From the human T2T-CHM13v2.0 reference genome, Homo sapiens: DNA of 64,000 nt. The translations under genes and the position numbers were made by a program. Below are positions 15,582-28,829 of this stretch, piece after piece. The DNA is taken from NCBI RefSeq assembly GCF_009914755.1, contig NC_060935.1. The stretch is one strand, 5' to 3'. Each line of letters begins with the position of its first letter. Within the stretch, counting starts at the first letter, position 1. The notes beneath the pieces were generated by a model, which was given only the letters and a program-made list of their open reading frames with translations, had not been told where the DNA came from and did no database searches.

Positions 15582-16596
15582 TTACAATTTGGCATGTTTT
15601 TGCAGTGGCTGGTACTGGTTGTTCCTTTCCATGTTTAGTGCTTCATTCAGGAGCTCTTGTAAGACAAGCCTGGTGGTGACACAATCTCTCAGCATTTGCG
15701 TGTCTGTGAAGGATTTTATTTCTCCTTCACTTATGAAGCTTAATTTGGCTGGATATGAAATTCTGGTTAAAAAATTCTTTTCTTTAAGAATGTTGAATAT
15801 TGGCCCCCATTCTCTTCTGGCTTGTAGGGTTTCTGCCGAGAGATCCACTGTTAGTCTGATGGGCTTCCCTTTTTGGGTAACCCGATCTTTCTGTCTGGCT
15901 GCCCTTAACATTTTTCCCTTCATTTCAACTTTGGTGAGTCTGACAATTATGTGTCTTTGGGTTGCTATTCTCAAGGAGTATCTTTGTGGTGTTCTCTGTA
16001 TTTCCTGAATTTGAATGTTGGCCTGCCTTGCTAGATTGGGGAAGTTCTCCTGGATAATATCCTGAAGAGTGTTTTCTAACTTGGTTCCATTCTTCCCCAT
16101 CACTTTCAGGTACACCAGTCAAACGTAGATTTGGTCTATTCACATAGTCCCATATTTCTTAGAGGCTTTGTTCGTTTCTTCTCTAATCTCGTCTTCTAGC
16201 TTTATTTTGTTAATATGATCTTCAATCACTGATACCCTTTCTTTCACTTGATCAAATTGGCTATGGAAGTTTGTGTATGCTTAACAAAGTTCTCATGCCA
16301 CGATTTTCAGCTCCATCAGGTCATTTAAGCTCTTCTCTACACTGGTTATTCTAGTTAGCCATTAGTCTAAACTTTTTTCAAGGTTTTTAGCTTCCTTGCA
16401 ATGGGTTAGAATATGCTCCTTTAGCTTCAGAGAAGTTTGTTATTACTGACCTTCTGAAGCCTACTTCTGTCAACTCATCAAACTCTTTCTCTGTCCAGTT
16501 TTGTTCCCTTGCTGGCGACGAGTTGTGTTCCTTTGGAGGAGAAGAGGCATTCTGGTTTTTGGAATTTTCAGCCTTTCTGCTCTGGTTTCTCCCTAT
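15582..16596 (-). pseudogene. L1 ORF1p remnant (start ATG>ATA, frameshifts)
   Basis: Fragments NRPNLRLTGVPESDGE and GTKLENTLQDIIQENFPNLARQ...QKHAKL in different frames. ATA at the expected start, 16594-16596. Confidence 0.9.
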
Positions 16597-17959
16597 CTTT
16601 GTGGTTTTATCTACCTTTGGTATTTGATGTTGGTCACCTACAGATGGGATTTTGGTGTGGATGTCCTTTTTGTTGATATTGATGCTATTCCTTTCTGTTT
16701 GTTAGTTTTCCTTCTAACAGACAGGTCCCTCAGCTGCAGGTGTGTTGGAGTTTGCTGGAGGTCCACTCCAGACACTGTTTGCCTGGGTATCACCAGCGGA
16801 GGCTGCAGAACAGCAAATATTGTGGTCTGATCCTTCCTCTGGAAGCTTCGTCCCAGAGGGGCACCCACCTGTATGAAGTGTCTGTCGGCCCCTACTTGGA
16901 GGCATCTCCCAATCAGGCTGCATGGGTGTCAGAGACCCACTTAAGGAGGCAGTCTGTCTATTATCGGAGCTCAGACACCATGCTTGGAGAACCACTGCTC
17001 TCTTCAGAGCTGTCAGGCAGGGACTTTTAAGTCTGTAGAAGCTGTCCGCTGCCTTTTGTTCAGATATGCCCTGCCCTCAGAGGTGGAATATAGAGAGGCA
17101 GTAGGCCTTGCTGAGCTGTGGTGGGCTCCGCCCAGTTTGAGCCTCCCTGCAGCTCTATTTACACTATGAGCATAGAACCGCCTATTCAAGCCTCAGCAAT
17201 GGCAGACGCCCCTACCCCTGCCAAGCTCCAGAGTCCCAGGTCAGTCTCAGAGTGCTGCGCTAGCAGTGAGCAATACTCTGTGGGCATGGGACCTGCCGAG
17301 CCAGGTACAGGAGGGAATCTCCTCATTTGCTGGTTGCAAAGACCATGGGAAAAGCCCAGTATTTGGGCAGGAGCATACCATTCCTCCAAGTACAGTCACT
17401 CACAGCTTCCCTTGGCTAGAAAAGGGAAATCCTCCGATCCCTTGCACTTCCCATGTGAAGCGTCACCCCACCCTGCTTCGGCTTGTCCTCTGTGTGCAGC
17501 ACCCACTGTCCAACCAATCCCAATGAGATGAACCAGGTACCTCAGTTGGAAATGCAGAAATCCCCTGTCTTTTGCATTGATCTTGCTGGGAGCTGTAGCC
17601 CGGAGCTGTTCCTATTCAGCTGTCTTGGAAGTAACCGTGAATTCTTATATAAAATGGGGCACATATTGTATATCAAGTACAGGAGAAACAGGTTATTTTA
17701 TTGATTATTAATATTAGTATTAATTAATATAACTTTTTAAAGTATCTATGCATCTTCCCTGATTTAAAGAAACTCACTTGAGGAGACAGATACATACCTT
17801 AATATACCCCACTATGACTAGTGGTAAAACAAAAGCAATAAGCTTCAGGGATGATTTATGGTCCTGTTAATGTCTACCAACTCTAACACCTGTGCCCCAT
17901 ATATATACATGGCACCCTATAACTACTACTTCCTTATATACCACCTCCTTGCATCCTAC

Positions 17960-18425
17960 AATACTATCTTTCCCCCATTTGTGAAGTCATCTCTATTGTG
18001 TGTAGTTCTGAAGGGATGCAATGCCTCACCTTCCACCATAGAACGTGAGAGGAGAAATCCTGCCAGTCAGGATTTGAGCATTTGACTTATCAGCCAATCA
18101 AATTCTCCCCAGAGAACTTTCCCTCTCTCCTGTCTCCTTGGGTGAAGGATACAAAGAGAATAGAATGGACAAAATCTTGGGATAGCCTGCAATGGCAGTG
18201 TGGGATACAGCAGTAGTATCCAGTGGCAGTGGTTGTGCTAAGCAAGGATAGTGGCACACAGTATAGGAGTTACCTAGAGTGACGGAATACTCCTCCTGCT
18301 GGCTCACCCCAGAGCTGACTTAGTTCTGTCTCCTTTGCTAAGCCTGCCTTTGATTCTGTGAATACCGCTTAAGACAATCAGAGTTGGTATCTTTTACTCA
18401 TCAGCAGGAACTGTGATAAATGCCA
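17960..18425 (+). mobile_element. Old ERVL LTR (LTR33-like)
   Basis: 3' end CCTTTGATTCTGTGA...GCTTAAG..ATCAGAGTTGGT; internal CAGCCAATCAAATTCTCCC. Confidence 0.45.
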
Positions 18426-19409
18426 TTAGGATTTTAAAATCATGTCTACATGGTGCCAGCTGGACATATATTAAATTGTCTGAATAAAAATGACCAATGG
18501 TTTTACAACATTGGCATTTAGTCAATAATGAATTTATTCAACGTATACTTATCATGCAATTATGTGCTAGTAATTTTACCACACTATTAAACTGGATTGA
18601 AATAGCAACCAAAATACTGCCTTAAGTATATTTAGTACTGTTGATTATGTAAAGTGCTTCTGTGTCAGAAACGACTCATAATAAAATAGTATTAATATTG
18701 CTACCTCAACTTGTAGTGTTAACCTATTAAGTTTTAAAAGTCTAAGATGCAGCAGCTGGGGAGAACATTTAAAATCACGTCATTGGCTAAGTTGTGATGC
18801 CTACGATGTTTGTGTAGTGGTAGAGAATTTTAAAGGTCATACTTAAACCAGAAATCCTTCTTCTGCAAAGAGTCAAGGTGCAAAATAAAATCTCTTCTAA
18901 GGAAGAACTATATGTCACAGTGGTACAGAACAAATCTGATTACATGGGTAGCAGAGGAGCCATTTCTGGAATAGTGTGGTAGAGTTAATACTTCTCAGAA
19001 CTTTTTTTTTGCAGAGAAGAAAATATTTATTTTAAAACTTTATTTGGATATATGTAATATAAGTTGTAAAAATAGTAGTAAGTAAATCTTTATAAGTCAC
19101 CATTCTAAGGTAATCCAGCATGAGACTTGCATACTGACAGAATAAAACAATCAGGAAATGAGGTAGAAAAAGGTCAGTGGAAGGAACAACTACTGTGAGT
19201 CTCATAGGTCCTGAGCAGGAACATTTTCATGAATCTGAGTAAACTAATCTGCAGTAAGAAGGAAGTAGTAGCTATCACTGGAACCAAATGCAGTCATTAT
19301 AATTATATGTATAGTTCAGTTTAGGTTTTAGGTGATCAGTGAATTAAACATAGTTCATTCTATCAAGATGGATTCAATCATCCTCATTTATCTTTTTATG
19401 GTTGGTTTT

Positions 19410-20152
19410 ATGTCACCCTTGGTTCTTTTCTTTCCTCAATCCAGTTAGTCCCTACTGATTCTTCTTCCTTATTTTTCCATAATTTTACCTCTTTTCTTTA
19501 CTCTCAATGCCAACACTTTGGTTTAGAAGTTCATTATGTTTCGCTTTATTACGGTTGTCTTTAAACTGGTTTTAAAACTCCAGGTTTCTTCCTGCACAGC
19601 TGATCCTTCCTACTGCACAGAGTGCAATTACTAGAATCACACATGAAATTATCATTTCTTTCTTTAGAATTATTCAGTAACAATTTATCATTTCAAGATA
19701 AAGCTTTAAATTATTTTTATAATGTGCAAGATGATATACAAGTTAGTTCCTGCTTATTTCTTTTTCCTTCTTGACAGATACCTTTTGTGCCACTAAATTT
19801 TATGTGGTTTCTTTAGAAGATACCATGTCTCTCTTGCCACATGTCATCTTGCGTTTGTTGTTTCCTGCAAGTGAACTGACCTTCTCTATTTCTTGGCCTG
19901 CCTAAACCTTTTCCTTAAGATTCAGCTCAGTCATCTCTTATGTGAAATCTCGCAGTTGCATTAAGTGCTTCCAGAGCAACCAGTCTGTTTAGCAAGCTTT
20001 TTATTATTATCTGCTTGATTTTCTCATGCTAGACTTTGGGTTCAAGAAGGCATACTCTCCTGATTTATAAATTTCCGGTGTCTAACATGAGATCCAACAT
20101 ACTTCAGGTGCTCAATAACATTGGTTGATTGAATGCATTCATGAATGAATGA
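19410..20152 (+). mobile_element. L2 3' region
   Basis: Pyrimidine-rich body ending CAGGTGCTCAATAACATTGGTTGATTGAATG...ATGAATGAATGA. Confidence 0.7.
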
Positions 20153-20244
20153 TAGAATTTCATACTCATTAGCTTACTGAAAATTTACAAGATGTTCTAT
20201 GGGGTGTGATTTCTGTATTATTATAATAACAGTTTTGTATAAAT

Positions 20245-20440
20245 TAAGAATGCATTCACATATAGTAGCTCATCCAATGCTAATAGGAGACTTTGCTTAT
20301 GGATAAACTAGGTATTGTCATTTCAATTTTATAAATGAGAAAATAGAATTTAGTAAATTTAAGTAAATGTATCCAAAGCAACAGAACTAGTGGAAGAAAG
20401 ATATGGATGAAAATATGAGGTTTTTTGATGCCCAAATAAA
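20245..20440 (-). mobile_element. MIR
   Basis: ATTTTATAAATGAGAAAATAGA...TTAAGTAAATGTATCCAAAGCAACAGAACTAGT. Confidence 0.55.
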
Positions 20441-20974
20441 TATTTTATATTTTTTTCTACTTCTCCTTTACCCTTGCTTCTCTACTGCAATGTAGCTTCA
20501 ACTTAGTACATTTCACATTTAGAGGACTATAAGATTCAAAACATTCTAGAAATAGCAAGTGATCCTTCTTGAAGAGTACTAATAAAGCAGCTACGTTATG
20601 TGGCATTAAATGCAAGACAGTGTTTCTAGCTGTGATACCTTGGACTAATTATTGTAACAAAGTTTTTATCCAGTGCCTCCAGAAATAAAAAATCTTAGAT
20701 TCAATCTTGGAAGAAATTTTTGAATTTCAACTCAAGCCTCTAATCCTTGACTGACCTTTACAGAAAAATAAAACTACCTTCTCTCACATTTAAAATTAAA
20801 CAGAGATTCTTAAAAAAAAAAAAAAAAAAAAGCTGTGGCTACACCTGTTTTCTTTAATGGTGTAATTACTTTTTAAATTTAACCTTTTAAAAATTTGGTA
20901 CTTACTCAGATATCATCACGTAAAGAAAAAGGAAGTTATATTGCATAAATATTACCAACTAAAAACTATGCATA

Positions 20975-21015
20975 AACACACACACGCACGCACACACATG
21001 CACACACACACACAT
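20975..21015. repeat. Imperfect (CA)n microsatellite
   Basis: ACACACACACGCACGCACACACATGCACACACACACACA. Confidence 0.9.
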
Positions 21016-21264
21016 TCTGTAGTGTAGAATACTTTTACATGTATTTTCAATTTCATGAGTGGAAAACTTGGGCTTCTGTCTCTTTATTTTACATGAATGT
21101 CCAAGCCTTTTATAGTTTATAAAGACAGATTTCTGATTCTCACTTGGCCATAATTGTATAGAAATCACCAGCAAGTTTTAAATAGTTCCGTCATTACTTT
21201 AAATATTTTTATTATTTGAGGGCTTATTTTACTGTTACTAAAATATAGCTAATTTACAACAATG

Positions 21265-21390
21265 AGAAGAGCATGGATTTGGAGTGGGATAAATTATATT
21301 TAAATTCTGACTATGCCATCTACTGGCACTAACATTGGACAGTGCAATTAATCTTTCTGAGATTGCATTTATTTACCTGTAAAATAGACT
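21265..21390 (+). mobile_element. MIR
   Basis: AAGAGCATGGATTTGGAG...TCTGACTATGCCATCTACTGGC...CCTGTAAAATAG. Confidence 0.6.
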
Positions 21391-21579
21391 CCTAGTTTCC
21401 TCCCTAGATAATTCAACCCTTGTAGAGTAAGCTTCTTGATAACATAGGCTAGGTTGTGTCTACCAGTCTGTCCTTCGTACCAAGAATGCCGTTAAATTGT
21501 TATGAGGATCCAGTGGAATACTGCATTGCAAACTGAAATAATTTACAAATCTAAGTTGTTGTTCTTGTGGTGATATCTA

Positions 21580-21815
21580 CATCAGCCCCTCAGGATACTT
21601 GGGGAATGGTTCCAGGACCCCTAAGTATACCCAAATCTGCTTATACTCAAGTCCCTCAGTCAGCCCTGTGAAATCTACGTATATGAAAAGTTAGCCCTTC
21701 ATGTGTGGAAGTTTTGCATCCCACAAATACATATTTTCGATCCACGTTCGGTTGAAAAAAATTCTCATATAGTTGGACCTTTCAGTTCACAACCATGTTG
21801 TTCAAGAGCCAAGAG
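21580..21815 (+). mobile_element. MER8 (TcMar-Tigger MITE), TA-flanked
   Basis: GGGGAATGGTTCCAGGACCCC..GTATACCCAAATC..TACTCAAGTCCC..CCATGTTGTTCAAG, with TA on both sides. Confidence 0.8.
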
Positions 21816-22247
21816 TATTTCCATTAGTTGGAGGAGAAAGAAGAATTTGTAAATTCAAGACACCAAAAATATAGTACTTGGTATTTATAAAAGGACTTTC
21901 AAGATTTAAAAAAAAGACTTACAATATTTCTCTGTGATTAACATCCTTCTATATGTCTTCTGCACATGGGCAGAAATTGCTGCAAATTAAAGCCAGAAAT
22001 GGGAGTTTTGCTACATCATTAATGTAACTGGGTCTTAGGGTAAGTGTACTTTTCATTATGCTTAAGGTTGCCAAATTGGTCTTTAAAATTCTTAGATTAT
22101 TTCACACTTCCACCACAATGTATAAGAATTTTCTTTACCTAACCTCCTCACAATAACGGATATATTCAGATTTTACTTTTTGCTCTTTGTATGGGTATGA
22201 AGTGGCATCTAATTTATGCACTTAACAAAAAGTAATTGAACACCTAT

Positions 22248-22513
22248 TTTATTAGTCAATTCCAGCTGCTATAACAAATTACCACCGACTGGGTGGGTTC
22301 TTAATGAGAGACCTTTTCCTCGTGATGTTCTCACAAGGCCTTTCCTTGGTGCATGGAGAAACAGGAAGAGAGAGATCGATATGGAAGCCTCACTTTCATG
22401 ACCTCATCTAAACCTAATCACTTCCCAAAAGCCCCCACCCCCAAGTACCATCTATTAAGTATTAGGGCTCAACATATGAATTTTGGGAGGACATAAACAT
22501 TCAGCACATAAAA
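22248..22513 (-). mobile_element. MLT1A-like MaLR LTR, internally deleted
   Basis: ATTAGTC..GCTGCTATAACAAATTACCAC..TCAACATATGAATTTTGGGAGGACATAAACATTCAG; 5-bp flanks CCTAT and CCTAC. Confidence 0.75.
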
Positions 22514-22540
22514 CCTACTATGTCTCAAACGTTATGCTAG

Positions 22541-22833
<293 letters not shown>

Positions 22834-23019
22834 GATAAAGCACTTTCTAAAACATCTGTTTCTATGAAATTCGTATTCTAGTGGAAGTAGCTAAAAATAA
22901 ACAAAGAGATGTATAAATACAAAGCAGAGTAAGAGCATAGCGCCTATAGAACTGGGATGCTATTTTATATGGGATAGTCAGGCAAATCCACTCTGATGAG
23001 CTGATATTTGTGCAGAGGC

Positions 23020-23455
23020 TCCAACTGAGCATGCCCCATCAATGTCCCCTCAGCAATTACCATTTATGTACTTCTGGCACCTTCTTACTGCAACTAGGAC
23101 TCTCTGAGTGTGAGCATTATCTTGTTGCAAGAGTGTGCTTGGTCTACATATGGGTTATACCAGAAGTGTTGTGGTGATAACATCCCCAGAAATAGCCTTC
23201 AAGTAATGCTGGCTGAGGTTAGTGGATAATGTCCCCAGTTTCTTTGTTCCACACAGTCTCTCAGAGGTCTCCAAGAGGCTTGAGCCCCAGTTTTCAATAG
23301 CAGCAACCTGTTCGTTTACACAACTTTATTGATTTCCTTCACTTTCCTGTTCAAGGAACTAATCTACTTGTGCTACTTGGGATCACTTCCCAAATAAACT
23401 ACTTGCTCTGAATTCTATCTTCTGGAGTTTGCTTCAGAGAGAACATAATATAAGG
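23020..23455 (+). mobile_element. ERVL LTR, LTR16C-like
   Basis: TGGGATCACTTCCCAAATAAACTACTTGC...GAGTTTGCTTC; homologous to the reverse complement of 50400-50680. Confidence 0.65.
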
Positions 23456-23834
23456 AGTTTAGACCTTTAGGTATCTAGGAGAAGGTAATTTCAAGTTGCA
23501 AGTACAGCATGTGCAAAGGCACATTGTAGTCTTTCTGATTACTAATTTTAATATAGTCAAAATTAACAAAATTTTTCCCTTTATGGTTTGTGATTTGAAG
23601 TCTTGTTTGGAATTGTTTTCTATTCTGGCTTCATGAAGATACTCTTCTATTATAAATTACAGGTCTTTAATCCATTTAAAATTGTGTTTAATGTGTCCAT
23701 AGACAACCAATTTTTTATATTTTCTATTAAAAATGGTCTGAGAAAAGTCTGTTTCCCCCCACCTACCTGCAATAACATTTATCCCACTTATCATATGTTG
23801 ATGAGTACATGGTCTGTTTCTGGACTCTCTATCC

Positions 23835-24049
23835 TAGGAGTATGCAAAATGTTTAAGTTAAAAGACCAGATAGCAATTATTATACATTTATGTGATTCTA
23901 CGGTCTCTTTTGTAACTATTCAACACTGCCTTTGTAGTGGGAAAGCAGCCATAGATAATATGTAAATGAATGAGTATGGCTATGTTCCAAAAACATATTT
24001 ATTTACAAAAACATATTTTACCCCCCAGGCTGTAGTTTGCAGACCTGTG
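23835..24049 (+). mobile_element. MER58A (hAT-Charlie)
   Basis: GAAAGCAGCCATAGATAATATGTAAATGAATGAG..GGCTATGTTCCAA..GTAGTTTGCAGACC; 8-bp TSD CTCTATCC/CTCTATTC. Confidence 0.85.
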
Positions 24050-24507
24050 CTCTATTCTGTTCAATTTATCTATCTTTACAACAGTGCCAAGATGCTCAAA
24101 TTATTTTAGTTTTTAATAATGTTTGACATTTCCTAGGCCAAAAATTCTCTTGTTATTCTTGAGTCATTGCATTTCCATATAGATTTTAAAATCAGCTTAA
24201 CAATTCTATAAAAATCTGATTGGATTTTTATTGGAATGATACTGATTGATTTGCAGAGAATTGACATGTATATGAGATCAACTTTTTAAATCTATGATTT
24301 TGATATATTTCTCCATTTATTTATGAATACATCCAGTTTTCTTTGATGTATTTTGGTACAGTGCCATAATTTTCTGTGTAAAGTGTTGAACATTTTTAGT
24401 CAATTTTTCCCTAGGTAATTTATGTGTATATTTATACTGTCATAGTAAATGATATATTTGAGCATTATATTTTGTGTTTAGCTAGTATATAGAGATGCCA
24501 CTGATTT

Positions 24508-24962
24508 TTTTGTTTTTGTTTTAACTTTTAAGTTCAGGGGTATGTGTGCAAGTGTGTTACATAGGTAAACTGTGTCACGGGGGTTTGTCGTACAGATTAT
24601 GTTATCACCCAGCTATTAAGCCTAGTAGCCACTGGTTATTTTTCCTGATCCTCTCCCTCCTTCTACCCTCTACCCTCCACCCTCTGATAGGCCCCACGTG
24701 TGTTGTTCCCTCTATGTGTCTGTGTGTTCTCATCATTTAGCTCCCACTTATAAGTGAGAACCTGCAGTATTTGGTTTCTGTTTCTGTGTTAGCTTGCTAA
24801 GGATAATGGCCTCTAGCTCCATTCATGTCCCTGAAAAGGATATGATCTCATTCTTTGTTACGGCTGCATAGAATTCCATGGTGTGTATGTACCACATTTT
24901 CTTTATCCAATCTATCATTGATAGGCATTTTGGTTAATTCTGTGTCTTTGCTATTGTGAATA
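24508..24962 (-). mobile_element. 5'-truncated L1PA13-15-like 3' end
   Basis: TTTAAGTTCAGGGG..GGGGGTTTGTCGTACAGATTAT..ATCACCCAG..TTAAGCCTAGTA; degenerate TSD GCCACT(G/A)AT. Confidence 0.85.
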
Positions 24963-25414
24963 GCCACTAATGTTCTGATTCTTGATTGTATGGCTGGTAA
25001 ACTTAATGAACTCCCTTACTAATTCTTCGTTTATCTATAGGTTCCTTTTTACCTTGACACTTTTTATTCTTTTTCCATCTTTGCATCTATTATGCATTTT
25101 TATTTTCTTACTTCCCTGACTGGTATTTTATGGACAAAGTTTAATAGAAGTGGTGATAGAAGTCCTTATTTTGTTCCTGATTTTAAAGAATTCATTACCA
25201 TTTGATGTAATGTTTTTTGTAGGCTTATGATAAATGTACATTATCAGGTTATGAAAATTTTAATCTATTTCTAGTCTTCCTAACAGTTCTTCTTAAAACA
25301 ATTGAAAATAGCTATTAATTTTTATTAAATATTTTTGTACCTATTGAAATAAAAAATCATATGGCTTTTCTTCTTTCATCGACTAAGGTATTGCCTACAT
25401 TAAGTATGTAATCT

Positions 25415-25620
25415 TTAAAGCTAGATAGATCTGGGCTATTGCCTTGGTTCTTACCTTTTCTTGTATACAATCCTGGGCAAGTTTCTTAACCTCTCTGATA
25501 CTCAGTTTCATCATCTATGAATCAGGAATAAAATAAAAACTGTCCTGTATTACTGTGATGAATTACAATGCATATAAAATCTCTAACTTTTAGAAATTTT
25601 TATTCAGTAAACATTAGTTC
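25415..25620 (+). mobile_element. MIR
   Basis: CTGGGCAAGTTTCTTAACCTCTCTGATACTCAGTTTCATCATCT. Confidence 0.7.
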
Positions 25621-25695
25621 ATGTTTCCTTGTGTTTTGTTCATGACTTATAAACTGCTGAAGTAAAAAGCTATGTTAAAAATTCTGGTGGGTGTA

Positions 25696-25750
25696 GCACT
25701 CCAGCCTGGGCAACAGAGCGAGACTCCGTCTCAAAAAAAAAAAAAAAAAA
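25696..25750 (+). mobile_element. Severely 5'-truncated Alu (37 nt plus A18)
   Basis: GCACTCCAGCCTGGGCAACAGAGCGAGACTCCGTCTC then poly(A); flanks TCTGGTGGGTGTA and TCTGATGTGTGTA. Confidence 0.9.
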
Positions 25751-27909
25751 TCTGATGTGTGTAATAATAAGCAAGCATTTAAAATATTTAATTTTTGTTA
25801 AATAATTTCTAAAAGAAACTATCAGGAAAGCAAGTAAATAAATACAAACAACAAAAACCATCTGTTATACCCCTAGGTCAAATAATGAAATTAATGAGGA
25901 TCTTACTGACATATAAATGAATCATGCAAATGATAGAAGATTTTAAATCAAAGAAATATTGGGAAACTTTGTAATAATGAAACCTTAAATAGTCCTCAAA
26001 CATATTTGACATTGACATAAAATGCCAATAAAGAAAAGCTGTGTAATAGCTACACTGCAGACAGATGGGCTACTAGAAGAACTCATTGAATTTTTCCATA
26101 TCAGCCACTTGCTATTGTCTCAACAGTGAACAATGAAATAACCAGGTGTTTTATTTTATGTTGCAAATAAAGTATTAATTTGACTTTTAAAATATTTCCA
26201 AGCTTCATGTTCAATATTTATGCCTTTTTCTTTTATCTTGTTGAAATGAGCAGAAATCATTTATAGTGTTTTATCAATTTTGGTTGAGAAATTTCTTCTG
26301 CTTTTACAGTGAGTATAATTCTTGGCAGACAGAGAAATTAGTTATCTTGATCAACAGCACATAATCCTGCACATATATAAAATTCTATGTATATTCATTG
26401 TGCCTAAAATCCCATGGTACAAACAAACTTATGTTGTTTTCATCCTGTTGAAAGTCCTAGGCTTAAAAAAATTAATTTTCTTAGCATACTGTAGTTATTC
26501 TGTGTATCATTTAAAAATTGTTTTTTATACCTTCATTCTGAGTTATATCAGTATATTAAAAATTGCTATTCAAAGAAAAACACCAAACTTTTAAAATAAA
26601 CACACCTACATTCAAATAACTTTTTCTTTTTGCAAAAATAAGCATTTGTGTTGAATTATAATGAAAGAAAGTTCAGGAAAGGCTGATTTAAATCTAGTGG
26701 TTCAGTCAATCAATATTCTGTGTCTTTGTATTTTCTTTCTTTTTTGGCCTCCTGCTTCTTATATATGAGGTTGTTTGTTCTCAGAGAGCAGGATCGTTTA
26801 TATACTTCTATAGAATACCAGAGAAGAAGAACTAAGAACATTCTTTGAAAATCATAACATGCTTTATGCTTTTATTTCTTTTAAATGGGAATGAATATAG
26901 GCAAAGCACATGAATCCATTTCCTTCATTTGCCATGTAGCATATGTTTCTCATTGTTGCCATTCCAAATTAATTTGAATCAGATTCTTATATTTTATAAA
27001 CTACTGAATTGAATCACTTTGTACCACTGTCAATTATTTCATGTGGACAAATTTGCTTAATGCTTATGTTTTTCATTACTGTGCTAAAGGCATTTGATTG
27101 CACTTCGGTATCTTCAGCTGTCAAAAAAGCCAGAATAAAACATCAGAAAGATAGAATGCGTTTCCTTTCATTACCTCTGCAGGGGACTCATTTCTTTAAA
27201 TGTATATGACCATTGTAACTATGGCAGAATTTTATGATAAAGAAAAATAAATTGTACCCTAAGGTATTATTCCCATTTTGATGGATTGTAAAACATGTTA
27301 AAATTGGTCATTATGAACTATAATTCTTCATGGATCCAAACCCTGTTAGTATAATTTTTTTGAATTATAAAAAAAAATAGAGATCAATTTAGTTGGTGCT
27401 TTTAAATGACAGTGCATTCAGACTGCAGTAATGTAAAATGACAGCACCAGATATCAGGGATTGGTATATTTGTACTCCTGTTGTTTTGAATGAAAACAGC
27501 TTTGCCTCCTATAGGTATAGACAATTGAGATTGACAGTGGGACCCAAATCATTGCACTATGTTTGAGGCTTGAAGGACACTTGAGTTTATATTTCACAGG
27601 AAAAAAAATAACTATTGTTCCCTAAAAAATGCAGAAATTCTTTTAAAATATGCTTACATAATAATTGAATTGTGAGGGTAAAACATGGTCATACACCAAA
27701 TAAAATCTCAGAGAACAAAATGAGATACGGTCTTAAACAGCAGAATAAAGCTTGGATTTTAAACAAGTTGTTAATATAATTTTTCTCATAGATTTCTCAG
27801 CAATCTTCTAACGATACTGAATTTCCCAATATAAAATCCTTTCTTCATCATAGGTCATATTTAAAATGTCATTTCTTCTCCTTTTCACTAATGGTTGGAC
27901 ATTCAGACC

Positions 27910-28070
27910 TGGTAGTATGCTAGACACCGTCATATCTGTTTTCCTATTTAATTCACATATTTCATAGAGCAGGGATTATAATCATCATAGCTATGGAAAA
28001 TAAAGTTTAGGAATTACACAACTTTCTCTAAAACACACAACTAACGGGGCAGAACTGGAACTTACAAGTT
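27910..28070 (-). mobile_element. MIR
   Basis: GTATGCTAGACAC..TTTAATTCACA..CACACAACTAACGGGGCAGAACTGGAA. Confidence 0.45.
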
Positions 28071-28829
28071 ATCACTTATTTTTGTTCTAAATCTTTTGGT
28101 CTTTGATTTTTCTCTTTTTTATTCTTTTCCTCTTGCTTTTACTTTTCTTGCACTGCAGCTAGTATGCAAAAACACTTAATAAAACTTTTCCAAATCTAAA
28201 TAAAGTTTTTAATCTTGAAATAGAGTACATGTTATTTTAAGCAAAGTTTAAAATAAAAAAAAAACACCATTATGTGAAATCTCAAAAAATATTCAAACTG
28301 CATAGATGAATCCCACAAGAATAAGTCCACTTTAAACACGGCAGAACAAAAACCAGATTCCTGTCTGAGTACTCCACATTAAATGTTAGGGGGGAAAAGG
28401 AACATACAGCTGTTTTTTATTTTAAAGACTAAAACTCAAGATTTCTAAACTATGTATTAATACAAGATGTCAACAGAAGATGTTGTATAAAGAGAATAAA
28501 AAAAAAATCTCAGAAACCTTCTTGAATGCCTACCAGAATAGAGGTACTAGGACAATGAAGTAATGGATCGAAAGAATATAATATACACACTTAATTATTA
28601 GAGTAATTTCTTAAAGTTTTATAATGTGAAAACAGGTCAAGAAAATGTTAGGATTTTAACTGCAGAATACATCCACGAAGATTGGAAAGTTCACAAAAGC
28701 AACAAGGTTATTTTCCACCAACATAGTAAAAAAATAAAATAAAATGAATTCTCGTTCATTGGGATAGCTTAATATGAAGAGACGATGAGAAAACTTTAAC
28801 TTCTGTAGCACAATGCTGTGAGACAACAT

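Noticed and set aside
28640-28715. Possible micro-exon (CTGCAG...CAAG|GTTATT)
   Set aside because: Weak polypyrimidine tract, weak donor and no supporting homology.
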